From Bdellovibrionales bacterium (GTDB lineage Bacteria; Pseudomonadota; Alphaproteobacteria; UBA9219), in contig JBAZRW010000002.1 in assembly GCA_041662785.1 (NCBI GenBank), forward strand, positions 14,313 to 78,312: a stretch of DNA of 64,000 nucleotides, written 5' to 3'. The stretch's first letter is position 1, and every line of letters starts with the position of its first letter. The position numbers and the translations under genes were made by a program. Below, piece by piece: positions 10,410 through 18,834 of the stretch. A model generated the notes under the pieces. The model was not told where the DNA came from. It did no database searches and saw only the letters and a list, made by a program, of their open reading frames with translations.

Positions 10410-11236
10410 GTCGTTTGACAGGCTGGATTGCCAAGGGCGGTGACGAGCGCGTCGCGTCCCGCATAAACCATCACGTCGTCATACGGCGCGGCGGGGTCGT
10501 TTGAAAAGGGAGCCTCGACATACGCCAGATCGCTGTTTGCGTTGCAACGCTCAAAGCCTCCTGTGGCCGAGCATGGTGTAAGCGCGCCTTTAAAGAGATG
10601 ATCATTAAGGCCTGCGCTGATGAGAGGATCGGCCTTGAACGCGCCCCAGCCGTTCGCGCCGTGGCTAAGGAAGAGGATCGCCGCTTGCTGCGTTCCGCCG
10701 CCAACGGTTGCGACAGCAATGCGATTAGAGGAGGGCAGATTGGCTTGGCATAGGCCTTTGCGGCTTTCGCCTGTGACACATAAGGGCGTGGTGTCCCCCG
10801 CCATGCAAAGGGCTGTTGGTGGCACGACGCCGAAGTTGATGGTCAACGCCGGATCGACGCGCATGGTAATCCAGCGACCCCAGCCATCCTTAGCCGTTTG
10901 TGTGGGAACGCCTAGCGAGACAAAGGGCACGATACCCTCGGCCACAGAACAAGTTCCGCAAGATGACGTAACGGTATCGCCGCGCACGCGCCCAAAGCCC
11001 GCCCCTGTCGTGGCGGCGGGTGTGGGGCAGGGCAGGCAGCCATTGGCCTGCACAAAAGCGGCAGAGGCCCGCATCAACGCCTGCAAATTGCTTTGCGTAG
11101 CGCTGACTTGCATGGTTTGCCGAAAGGTGGTCAGGGCGGGAAACACGATCATGATCACAAGACCGATAATCACCAGCACCATGCTCATCTCGGCAAGTGT
11201 AAAGGCTTTTCTATGAATTCGGTTTAGCGTCGTCAT
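10403..11236 (-). CDS. Large prepilin-like protein (minor pilin, GspK-like size), Cys-rich.
   Basis: The start is assigned to MTTLNRIHRKAFTLAEMSMVLVIIGLVIM. It carries a prepilin-type N-terminal motif with Ala at -1 and Glu at +5. The start codon lies inside repeat copy A2. Confidence 0.6.
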   Translation of the reverse strand: MTTLNRIHRKAFTLAEMSMVLVIIGLVIMIVFPALTTFRQTMQVSATQSNLQALMRASAAFVQANGCLPCPTPAATTGAGFGRVRGDTVTSSCGTCSVAEGIVPFVSLGVPTQTAKDGWGRWITMRVDPALTINFGVVPPTALCMAGDTTPLCVTGESRKGLCQANLPSSNRIAVATVGGGTQQAAILFLSHGANGWGAFKADPLISAGLNDHLFKGALTPCSATGGFERCNANSDLAYVEAPFSNDPAAPYDDVMVYAGRDALVTALGNPACQTTW

Positions 11237-11380
11237 ACCGGCGAAAGCCGGTATCCAGTTGCGCCGTGTCCACGGCGCGCATGAGTCAAAAACATGAGAA
11301 ATTAGTCTATTTTTTATCAACCAACCTTTTATGCCGCGCGGACGCGCGGCGCTGGATTCCGGCTTTCGCCGGAATGACGG
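11230..11380. repeat. Family-A palindromic repeat element, copy A2.
   Basis: Two hairpin units are present: CGTCATACCGGCGAAAGCCGGTATCCAG and CTGGATTCCGGCTTTCGCCGGAATGACGG. The first unit overlaps the start codon of the pilin-like gene above. Confidence 0.85.
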
Positions 11381-11443
11381 AGGGGAGGGTGGGTTTATGA
11401 TGAGCCCTTGAATTGTTTTGCGAAGAGAGCGTCTCATTCGCTT

Positions 11444-12112
11444 TTAAATCCTTACGCACATCGTATAGGTCGTGTCGTCGCTATAGGTCGTTATGGGCGC
11501 GTTTGCGCTGCTGCCCGTGGCGTTTGTGTAGGGCGTGGCTTGGATTGATCCCGCGTTGCTCGTGCCGTCGTCAAGCCTTGCGTCGATGGCTTGCGCCGCG
11601 CCCGCCGTGACTTTGTCCAAGCACAAAACGGTCGTCGTGAAGACACCACCAAACGCGCCATTTTGGAAACCAAACACGCCACCAAAAGGATTGGGGGGCT
11701 GAATGGCCGTCGTGCCACCCGTTACTTGATTTTTCACAAGCCCCGCCGCGCGAAGGTGCGCCCAAACATGCAGGCTCTCGCTGGCTGTTCCCGTTGTCGT
11801 CGTCGTGTCAAAGGAACTGGCCGTCCCGATCTTGCCATCATTGTTGCCATTCGCGCTTTGCGTCATCGAAGAAAAGCGCGTCGTCGCGCTGGGATCGTCG
11901 CCCGCTAACGCGCCATAGTTTTGGGTATAGGTTTGCAGTTGCCCTTGATAGGCTTGGATGCCGTTGATCGCGTTGGTGATGCGGGCGTTTTGGATAATCT
12001 GCTGTCCCGTCAGCACGCCGCCGATAATCAGACCAATGATGACCAGAACGATGGAAAGCTCGACAAGGGTAAAACCGGATTGCGTCGTTTTGTTTTTCAC
12101 TTTTATCTCCAT
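11444..12112 (-). CDS. Type IV prepilin (major pilin/pseudopilin, MshA-like).
   Basis: Leader MEIKVKNKTTQSG followed by FTLVELSIVLVIIGLIIGG, the classic G/FTLxE class III signal. The C-terminal domain is rich in Thr, Gly and Ser. Confidence 0.85.
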   Translation of the reverse strand: MEIKVKNKTTQSGFTLVELSIVLVIIGLIIGGVLTGQQIIQNARITNAINGIQAYQGQLQTYTQNYGALAGDDPSATTRFSSMTQSANGNNDGKIGTASSFDTTTTTGTASESLHVWAHLRAAGLVKNQVTGGTTAIQPPNPFGGVFGFQNGAFGGVFTTTVLCLDKVTAGAAQAIDARLDDGTSNAGSIQATPYTNATGSSANAPITTYSDDTTYTMCVRI

Positions 12113-13945
12113 CTAGCGCTGGGGAAGGGGAAGAGGGCGAGGATCGTTGTTGTATTTTTTGTACAGGTCAGTATCGGCTTTGTCGGGTGTGGCGTTGTTC
12201 AAAATCGTGGCGCGAAGAAGGATCACAAGCTCGCTGGTTGTGCCTTGGTTATCGCGTGATTTGGCAAGGTTGCCGACGACGGGCAGCGCGTCAAAAGGCG
12301 GCACGCCTTGATCCGAATTTTCCGAGCTGTCTTGCATCAACCCGCCCATCACCGCGACTTCGCCCGATTGCAGTTGAAGGACGGAGTCCATCTCGCGCAC
12401 CGCTAACACGGGTATTTTCGATTGAATGGGGTTGGTGACGCCCGCGTTGGCGGCGTTAAGCCCAATGGAAGGATCATTCACGCGATCAATCACGCGCGAG
12501 ATCGTGGGGCGCAAGGTCATCGTCACGCGGTTGCTGTCCGCGTTGATGGCCGGTTGCACCGTCATGACAAGGCCGACGGGAACGGTGCGCGGTGTGCTGG
12601 AAAAAACGGGCGTGCCCGACACAACAACACCGCTGGCGTTTGTCGTGGTCGGAAACTGCGCCGAGGTCAGGAAATAGACTTCGTTGCGGGCGACCTTTAG
12701 GACGGCAGTCTGGTTGTTCATGACCGTGAGGCGCGGTGAGGACAAGACGCGCGTCGTGCCAAAGGTGCGTACCAGACTTAAAATGCCGTTAAAATCCTTG
12801 GTATCCAGCGAGGCCGTAAAAAGACCCGTTGAGGCGGCGGTCATGGCTACGCCCACCCCTGGTGCGCCGAAATTGGCGGCTAGGCCCGTTGCGCCTTTAA
12901 ACAATGTTGACCAGTTGACGCCGCTTTGGAACTCATCGGATAGCTCAACCTCGACGATCCGCGCTTCAATCAACACTTGTGACGAGGCCTTTTGATCTAG
13001 GCGCGTGAGAAAAGCTGCGACGGCTTCTTGCTGGCGGCTGTTGCCATACACGGTGACAAGGCCGCCTTGACGATCAATGCTGAAATTGGATTCCTGTTTG
13101 GCATCGCCTGCACGGCTCGTTGTCAAAGGCTTGTTCCTAACGGCGGTGGCGAGAACTTGCGGCAAAGACTTTTCAACCTCGCTCCAGAAATCAGCGTCCG
13201 AACTTGCCGCGATTTTCGACGTTGAGTTGTTATCGCTGCCGCTCTTTCCCCCACCACTGCTGGTTCCGCTGCTTCCGTTCGCGCCCGCGACATCAACATC
13301 AAAGACGTTCGTGGCGATGGTGACTTCGCTGGTCGTTTTGCGCGACAGGCTCAGGTGATCGAGGGCATAGGTGCGTTGATAGGGCTCATCCACTTCGATC
13401 CGCACGAACGCGCCATCCGCTTTGTACCGTAGGCCCGCCAGATCGCAAATGCGGCGCAAAACAGTGTCAAAGGGCTGCTCATGTGCGGTAAAAATAATGC
13501 TGCCTTCGATGCGCGGGTCAATCTCTAGGTTGACCTCACCCTCGCGGCCCAGCTCAATCAATATATCGCGCAAGGGAACAGAATCCGAAATCGTCACGCT
13601 GACTTTTTTGTCCGGCAAATCGGGGTTATAAAGGCTTTCGGGAGAAATGGCCTCAGGCAAAGCAGGGATAGGGGGCGGCGCATCCAGCAATAAAGGCGGC
13701 AGCTGCAACGCCGATTCCAAATCGGGAATGGGGGGAGGCTCTTCCAAAGGAAGGTTCTTTTTTTCCTTCGGCTCACCGCGATGGCGGAGCGCCAAATAAT
13801 CCGCGCGGTCCATATTGCCCGCAGGGTCAATCTTGTCAGGGGGAAAAGTATTGGTGCAGGAGACTAAGAAGAGGCACAGGCTCAAAACAGTCAAAGATGT
13901 CTTCAAGAAAGCACTCACGCGTAACCGTTCCCGTTTCTTTTTCAC
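12113..13945 (-). CDS. Secretin (GspD/MshL family) with a lipoprotein-type signal peptide.
   Basis: A lipobox (LSLCLFLVSC), a proline-rich N-terminal linker, N domains, and a C-terminal secretin domain (VLSSPRLTVMNNQTAVLKV...VPPFDALPVVGNL). Confidence 0.85.
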   Translation of the reverse strand: MKKKRERLRVSAFLKTSLTVLSLCLFLVSCTNTFPPDKIDPAGNMDRADYLALRHRGEPKEKKNLPLEEPPPIPDLESALQLPPLLLDAPPPIPALPEAISPESLYNPDLPDKKVSVTISDSVPLRDILIELGREGEVNLEIDPRIEGSIIFTAHEQPFDTVLRRICDLAGLRYKADGAFVRIEVDEPYQRTYALDHLSLSRKTTSEVTIATNVFDVDVAGANGSSGTSSGGGKSGSDNNSTSKIAASSDADFWSEVEKSLPQVLATAVRNKPLTTSRAGDAKQESNFSIDRQGGLVTVYGNSRQQEAVAAFLTRLDQKASSQVLIEARIVEVELSDEFQSGVNWSTLFKGATGLAANFGAPGVGVAMTAASTGLFTASLDTKDFNGILSLVRTFGTTRVLSSPRLTVMNNQTAVLKVARNEVYFLTSAQFPTTTNASGVVVSGTPVFSSTPRTVPVGLVMTVQPAINADSNRVTMTLRPTISRVIDRVNDPSIGLNAANAGVTNPIQSKIPVLAVREMDSVLQLQSGEVAVMGGLMQDSSENSDQGVPPFDALPVVGNLAKSRDNQGTTSELVILLRATILNNATPDKADTDLYKKYNNDPRPLPLPQR

Positions 13946-14024
13946 AAAAACACTACAAATTATAGCGATGAAAGAAACTGAACGGAATAGGGGTGTATGT
14001 CAAAGCATTAACGCTCGTAGGGGT

Positions 14025-14053
14025 TGTGGATAACACCACTTATCTGTGGATAA
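14025..14053. promoter_or_regulatory. Two perfect DnaA-box-like 9-mers (TGTGGATAA, the reverse complement of TTATCCACA), 20 bp apart, in the pilus-operon upstream region.
   Basis: Seen directly at 14025-14033 and 14045-14053. A third copy in a similar context (tgtggataacaatctgtgg) lies at 45268-45276. Confidence 0.3.
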
Positions 14054-14102
14054 TTAAACCTTATACCAACCGCCATTTGGAATGATCCATTTAAAAAATA
14101 AG

Positions 14103-14268
14103 AAAACGGGATCCCCGCTTTCCCCCTACGCTGCTTCGCAGCTTCGGCGCGACAGGTCGCGGGGATGACGCTTGTGGATTGATATTAAAAACAAATCCGT
14201 CATTCCCGCGCCCTCGTCCCGCCGCACTTGCGGCGGGCGAAAGGGCAAAGCGGGAATCCCGTTTGTTT
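14103..14268. repeat. Family-A repeat element, copy A3 (two hairpin units plus the 65-bp module).
   Basis: GGGATCCCCGCTTTCC...GCGGGGATGACG and CGTCATTCCCGCGCCCTCGTCCCGCCGCACTTGCGGCGGGCGAAAGGGCAAAGCGGGAATCCCG. The second is nearly the reverse complement of the A1 module. Confidence 0.85.
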
Positions 14269-14312
14269 TATCTCTTAATGAGTCACGTTATCGTGCCGTT
14301 GGTATTAGGGCA

Positions 14313-15599
14313 TTACCCCTGTTGCCTTTTCACCTCATACAGCGCGATGGCGGTGGCGTTGGAGACGTTGAGGCTGCCGATGCGTCCGCTTGTGGGCAGG
14401 CGGGCAAGATCGTCGCAGCGCTCACGCGTCAGGCGGCGCAGGCCTTCGCCTTCGGCTCCCATGATCAGCGCGACACGGCCCTCGGAAAGTTTGGATTCGC
14501 TTAAATCCTTTTCGCCTTCTTCGGCCAAACCAACGCACCAGAAATTCTCGGCCTTCAGCGCGTCAAGGGTGCGTGCGATATTGACGACGGAGATAAGCGG
14601 CACATGCTCAGCCGCGCCGCTTGCGGTCTTGGCCATAATGCCCGTGGCCGATGGCGCGTTGCGCTCGGTCACAATCACAGCACCCGCGCCAAACGCGGCG
14701 GCGGATCGCAAAATCGCACCGACATTGTGCGGGTCGGTCACTTGATCCAGAATGATGACCAGCGTGGGCGCGTTCTCTTGCCCCAGTAGATCGTCAAGGC
14801 TCATCTCTGCCAGAGGTTCGACCTCTAACGCGACACCTTGATGCACGCTGCCATGCGGCAGGAAATGTTCAATGGCTGACTTTTCCGATGAAAGGGGGGG
14901 GGGACGGGTAAGGCCTTTGGCCGTCGCCTCGTCCAGCGCTTCTTGCATCGCGGCCATGCCTGCCTCGGTCGTCCATAGGCGATGGCATTGGCGGCTGGGA
15001 TTAAGCCACGCCTCACGCACCGCATGAATCCCCCAAAGGAGAATGCCTTGCCGGTTCAGGCTCTCGCGCTTGGGCTGCATCGGGCGGCGCTTTTCAAAGG
15101 AGCGAGGCGCAGCGGCAGAGAGGGTAGGGGCGGCAGCCTCGCGGGGCGGAGCGCGACGCGGACGCTTGTCCGTAGCGCTTGGGCTACGCTGATCATCCCG
15201 ATTGCCAAACGCAGGTTTCTTGGAAAAGCGTGAAGCTGGGCGTGAGGTTGGCTTGCGCGTTTCTCCACGAGGCGCGGCTTCTTCGGCGCGGTCAAAGCGG
15301 CGCGGGCGCTTATCCGCATCCCTGCCTGTGCTTCTGCTTGCGGGACGCCCATCATCCCGATTGCCAAACGCAGGCTTCTTGGAAAATCGTGAAGCCGGGC
15401 GTGAGGTCGGTTTGCGCTCTTCTCCCGATGAAGCGCCTTCCCCAGCGCGATCAAAGCGGCGGGGGCGCTTGTCCGCAGAGCCTTCCGTCTTGCGGCCACC
15501 CGTAGGCTTGCTAAAGGACTTTCCAAAGGAAGGGCGTTTGGCGCCAGTTGAGGGGCGTCCTGTGGGCTTGCCTGTCGGCTTACGCGGGCTGCTTTTCAT
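14313..15599 (-). CDS. rlmB: SpoU/TrmH-family 23S rRNA (guanosine-2'-O)-methyltransferase (RlmB-like) with a long, repeat-containing Arg/Lys/Pro-rich N-terminal extension.
   Basis: The C-terminal SpoU methylase domain carries the motifs (ILDQVTDPHNVGAILRSAAAFG, LIMGAEGEGL, GSLNVSNA) and the substrate-binding L30e-like region. Confidence 0.8.
   Translation of the reverse strand: MKSSPRKPTGKPTGRPSTGAKRPSFGKSFSKPTGGRKTEGSADKRPRRFDRAGEGASSGEERKPTSRPASRFSKKPAFGNRDDGRPASRSTGRDADKRPRRFDRAEEAAPRGETRKPTSRPASRFSKKPAFGNRDDQRSPSATDKRPRRAPPREAAAPTLSAAAPRSFEKRRPMQPKRESLNRQGILLWGIHAVREAWLNPSRQCHRLWTTEAGMAAMQEALDEATAKGLTRPPPLSSEKSAIEHFLPHGSVHQGVALEVEPLAEMSLDDLLGQENAPTLVIILDQVTDPHNVGAILRSAAAFGAGAVIVTERNAPSATGIMAKTASGAAEHVPLISVVNIARTLDALKAENFWCVGLAEEGEKDLSESKLSEGRVALIMGAEGEGLRRLTRERCDDLARLPTSGRIGSLNVSNATAIALYEVKRQQG
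15149..15473. repeat. In-frame tandem duplication, about 2.3 copies of a ~150-bp unit, inside the rlmB N-terminal extension.
   Basis: The peptide DKRPRRFDRA(G/E)E...RKPTSRPASRFSKKPAFGNRDD appears twice and then begins a third time. The duplication is also visible as duplicated peptides in the overlapping frames of the ORF track. Confidence 0.8.
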
Positions 15600-15721
15600 G
15601 ATTTTTTGCTTTCTTGAGACAATCTTGAAGAATTTGTGTCCTACTCAAGCCTGTGGGATTGACAAGCGCAAGTAAAATCCGTTATTTGGCTGCTTCCCAC
15701 TGTGATGTGGGACAAAAATGT

Positions 15722-15807
15722 GGAAGGGTGGCCGAGTGGTTAATGGCAGCAGACTGTAAATCTGCCCTCTTACGAGTACACAGGTTCAAATCCTGTCCCT
15801 TCCACCA
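15722..15807 (+). tRNA. tRNA-Tyr (anticodon GTA).
   Basis: GGAAGGG acceptor 5' strand, D-arm GCCGAGTGGTTAATGGC, anticodon loop cagACTGTAAAtctg, a long variable arm, T-arm GGTTCAAATCC, and 3' end CCCTTCC-A-CCA. Confidence 0.9.
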
Positions 15808-16086
15808 TTCTTCGCAAGCGCAGCTTGGGGAGAATGCCACGGCGCAGCCCAACGGGCGAAGACGGGCTGGTTGCCGCGCTTGCTACGCCTCGGCAAGCCA
15901 GTTATGGGCTACTCCCCCAAAGGATGGCGCAACGGCGAAAGCAAAAAGGAGCCTTGACGAGGCTGGGGACTTTCTGACACCATTAAAGGCATGAAAGCTT
16001 TGAACAGAAAAATAAACCGTCTGGCCGCTGCGTGTTGTTGATCCATTGACGCGCGCGCTTGGTTTATTCCGTCTTTTTCTGTTTTT

Positions 16087-16893
16087 ATGAGGCTCTCCAT
16101 GGATCATACCCCTTCTTCGGCTAGCGTTGTTTGGCAAAGTCTTCGTTCTGAATCCCATTACTTTGTCGGTAAGGGCGACCCTGTTGCCGCCGCCTTGTTG
16201 CGCCTGTTTGAGGTGTCAGCAGGGTTTGGCGATATGCTTTCCCGCCTTTTGGCGTACCAGCTGGCTAGTCCCTTTATCGATTACGATTCTTTGCGGCGTC
16301 TATTGTTCGAAGCCTTTGATGGTGATCCTGCCGTGATCGATCAGGCGGCGCGTGACTTGCTGGCCGTCAGGGCTCGCGATCCGGCGGCAGAGGGATTGCT
16401 GCGTCCCTTGCTGTTTTTCAAGGGCGTGCAGGCCATCCAGACCTATCGCGCCGCGCATATTTATTGGCATAAGGGGCAACGGGATACGGCGCTTTATTTG
16501 CAAAATCGCTCCAGCGTCGTGTTTGGCGTTGATATTCATCCGGCGGCCAAGTTGGGGGCGGGGCTGATGATGGATCATGCGACAGGCGTGGTGATCGGCG
16601 AGACGGCAGTGGTCGAGGACGACGTATCGATTTTGCACGGTGTTACGCTGGGCGGCACAGGGAATGAGCAGGGGGATCGTCACCCCAAGGTGCGGCGAGG
16701 CGTGATGCTGGGTGCGGGCGCGAAGGTCTTGGGCAATATCGAGATAGGACAGGGAGCCTGCATAGCGGCGGGGAGCGTGGTTCTTAAGGACGTGCCGCCG
16801 CATGTGACTGTGGCGGGCGTTCCAGCGGAAATTGTGGGGCGTCCTCGCAGCGAAGATCCCGCCAAGGCGATGGATCAGACGTTGGCGCATTGA
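16087..16893 (+). CDS. cysE: Serine O-acetyltransferase.
   Basis: N-terminal SATase helical domain plus a hexapeptide left-handed-helix C-terminus (GVVIGETAVVEDDVSILHGVTLGGTG...RHPKV). Confidence 0.9.
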   Translation: MRLSMDHTPSSASVVWQSLRSESHYFVGKGDPVAAALLRLFEVSAGFGDMLSRLLAYQLASPFIDYDSLRRLLFEAFDGDPAVIDQAARDLLAVRARDPAAEGLLRPLLFFKGVQAIQTYRAAHIYWHKGQRDTALYLQNRSSVVFGVDIHPAAKLGAGLMMDHATGVVIGETAVVEDDVSILHGVTLGGTGNEQGDRHPKVRRGVMLGAGAKVLGNIEIGQGACIAAGSVVLKDVPPHVTVAGVPAEIVGRPRSEDPAKAMDQTLAH

Positions 16894-17387
16894 GTATAAG
16901 AAACAGGCTTGCTTTTATAAGCGTTGTAGTAAGGATTGAAAGGCTTGGAAGGCAGAAGGCCGAAGCGCTTCGCTTCACGCTCAATGGTTTTTAAGGCGGC
17001 GTGTATATAAGATTCTAAGGTGTCGTCTATTGGCGTTACTGGAGTGCAAAGGGGATCATGGTTGCAATGGAATAAATGGAACAAATGGGTGGCGTGAGTA
17101 AAAACCGTTCCCTTTCGTGGCGATAAGCTATGTCCTATGGTAAGAGAAAAGTAGATGGGGGCTAATTTGCCATTGCTATAGCTTATAGGGCCGCTGGGAA
17201 CATTGGTGTTGAAAACACTATGGACTTTGTTGTTTCCCGTGAGGCCGTGGAAGTATCGAATCCCAGATTCAGGATGATGTGATAGAATATCAAGGCCTTC
17301 CTTAAAGCACATTATCGCGTTTTTTATCTCGCGAGCGTCTACTTGTTGCGGGTACACTGAATAAAGAAAGGGGGAAGATGCTGTCAT
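16875..17387 (-). CDS. Hypothetical protein in a low-GC patch.
   Basis: ORF with the start assigned to MTASSPF. A GAGG ribosome-binding site sits 9 nt upstream. The region is clearly more AT-rich than its flanks. No family recognised. Confidence 0.4.
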   Translation of the reverse strand: MTASSPFLYSVYPQQVDAREIKNAIMCFKEGLDILSHHPESGIRYFHGLTGNNKVHSVFNTNVPSGPISYSNGKLAPIYFSLTIGHSLSPRKGTVFTHATHLFHLFHCNHDPLCTPVTPIDDTLESYIHAALKTIEREAKRFGLLPSKPFNPYYNAYKSKPVSYTQCANV

Positions 17388-17482
17388 GGGAAGGACCTCG
17401 TAAAACAGAATCATGCAAAATAACGAATCATACTGGCAATTTTTTTCCTTCAATTCAATAGACTATATAGGCCTTTGAGAAA

Positions 17483-18745
17483 TTATTTCTTGGTAAACCG
17501 CGCCGCCAGCTCCATATGCGGGGACCATAGGAATTGGTCAACGGGAAGCATTTTTTCCAAGGTATAGCCGCCCTGAATGAGTATTTTGGCATCGCGGGCG
17601 AAGCTGGCCGGATCACAGCTGACGGCCACGATTTCGGGGACATCGCTTTGGGCCAGATGCGCAGCTTGGGCCTTGGCGCCGCTACGCGGCGGATCAAAGA
17701 TCACCAGATTATAGTCGTTGCATTCGCCCGTTGTGAACGGATCGCCCATCAGGTTCCGCAGGCTGACCTGATAACGCCCTGATGCCTGTGCCGCGCGTTG
17801 GAGGGATTCGATAGCGGGGCCGTCCAGATCGGCAAAGTGGACGCTTTTGACGTTTTCAAAGGACAGGCCGAAGCCCCCAAGACCGCAGAAAAGGTCTAAA
17901 ACGCGCATTCCCTTTTCGTCATGCGTGGTGGCGAAGTTGATGAGGGCGGATTCTCCAGCCTCGGTGGCCTGCAGGAAGGACGCCGGAGGAAAAGGCAATT
18001 GTGTTATGCCAAAGCGAACCGTCAGGGGGTGGGCGTGGGCGATGGGCTCGACGGGGCTGCGGTCCCACTTGCGCCAAGACAGGTGGGCGACGCCCAAGGC
18101 TTGGGCCAGCGCGGCAAGATTGTGCCTTTGATCCATTTCCAGCTTGGGGCCGCCAATAAGCACAACATCAAGTCCGTCAGGCAGAGCCGTTACCTGAATA
18201 TCGCACCCCATGTCTTGGGGCAGCCAAAGGGAAAGGTGCTTCTTCAAAGGCTCTAGCAGTGCCGTAATGGCAGGCAGCATAACACTGCACATGGTGATGG
18301 GAACGATGGCGTGGCTGCGCCATTCGTTAAAGCCAAGAGTTACGAGTCCTGTCTTATCGCGATGCGCGACAAAGCGGGCGCGCCTGCGCGTTTGGATGGC
18401 CGTGGTGACGACGGGCATCATGGACGGGAGGGGAAGGCCGGCGCGGATCAAGGTTTGCTGCAACTGGCCTAGCTTGACGTTGGTATAGGCCCCGTCCTTC
18501 ATGTGTTGGAACTGACAACCACCGCATTTTGAAAAGTGGACACAGGGCGGGTCGTTGCGAAGAGAGCAGGGGATCAGAATTTCCAGAAGCTGACCGCGCT
18601 TAACCATATTGTCGTTATCGGGAACATCAGCGCGAACACGTTCACCCGTCAACGCGCCCGAGATGAAGATAGTTTCATTCCCGTGGTGGGCAATGCCATC
18701 GCCTTGCGTGCCGACATCGTCAATCGTGAGCTCTAGGATGGTCAT
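17483..18745 (-). CDS. rlmD: 23S rRNA (uracil-5-)-methyltransferase RlmD/RumA family (TRAM domain, 4Fe-4S cluster, SAM methyltransferase).
   Basis: N-terminal TRAM domain, a Cys cluster (CVHFSKCGGCQFQH), SAM-binding motif DLFCGLGGFG, and the DPPRSG motif. Confidence 0.8.
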   Translation of the reverse strand: MTILELTIDDVGTQGDGIAHHGNETIFISGALTGERVRADVPDNDNMVKRGQLLEILIPCSLRNDPPCVHFSKCGGCQFQHMKDGAYTNVKLGQLQQTLIRAGLPLPSMMPVVTTAIQTRRRARFVAHRDKTGLVTLGFNEWRSHAIVPITMCSVMLPAITALLEPLKKHLSLWLPQDMGCDIQVTALPDGLDVVLIGGPKLEMDQRHNLAALAQALGVAHLSWRKWDRSPVEPIAHAHPLTVRFGITQLPFPPASFLQATEAGESALINFATTHDEKGMRVLDLFCGLGGFGLSFENVKSVHFADLDGPAIESLQRAAQASGRYQVSLRNLMGDPFTTGECNDYNLVIFDPPRSGAKAQAAHLAQSDVPEIVAVSCDPASFARDAKILIQGGYTLEKMLPVDQFLWSPHMELAARFTKK

Positions 18746-18834
18746 AACGGCTTCTGTTTTGCTTTTTGATTTATAGGAGAAGCCGCAGTATAGTCACGCT
18801 TCGTTAATAATTAGTGCAAAAAAGGACGACATCA

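Noticed and set aside
15056-15675. Several ORFs of 100-160 aa on both strands (15056-15526 -, 15179-15505 +, 15202-15675 +) showing duplicated peptides.
   Set aside because: They are frame shadows of the tandem repeat inside the rlmB N-terminal extension, not independent genes.
15808-16086. Possible genomic island or integrase at the tRNA-Tyr 3' side.
   Set aside because: Only 280 bp of non-coding DNA follows the tRNA before cysE. There is no integrase and no direct repeat of the tRNA 3' end. It may harbour a small RNA, but I cannot support that from sequence alone.
17455-17697. 80-aa ORF overlapping the 3' end of rlmD.
   Set aside because: It overlaps the strongly supported rlmD CDS on the same strand in another frame.
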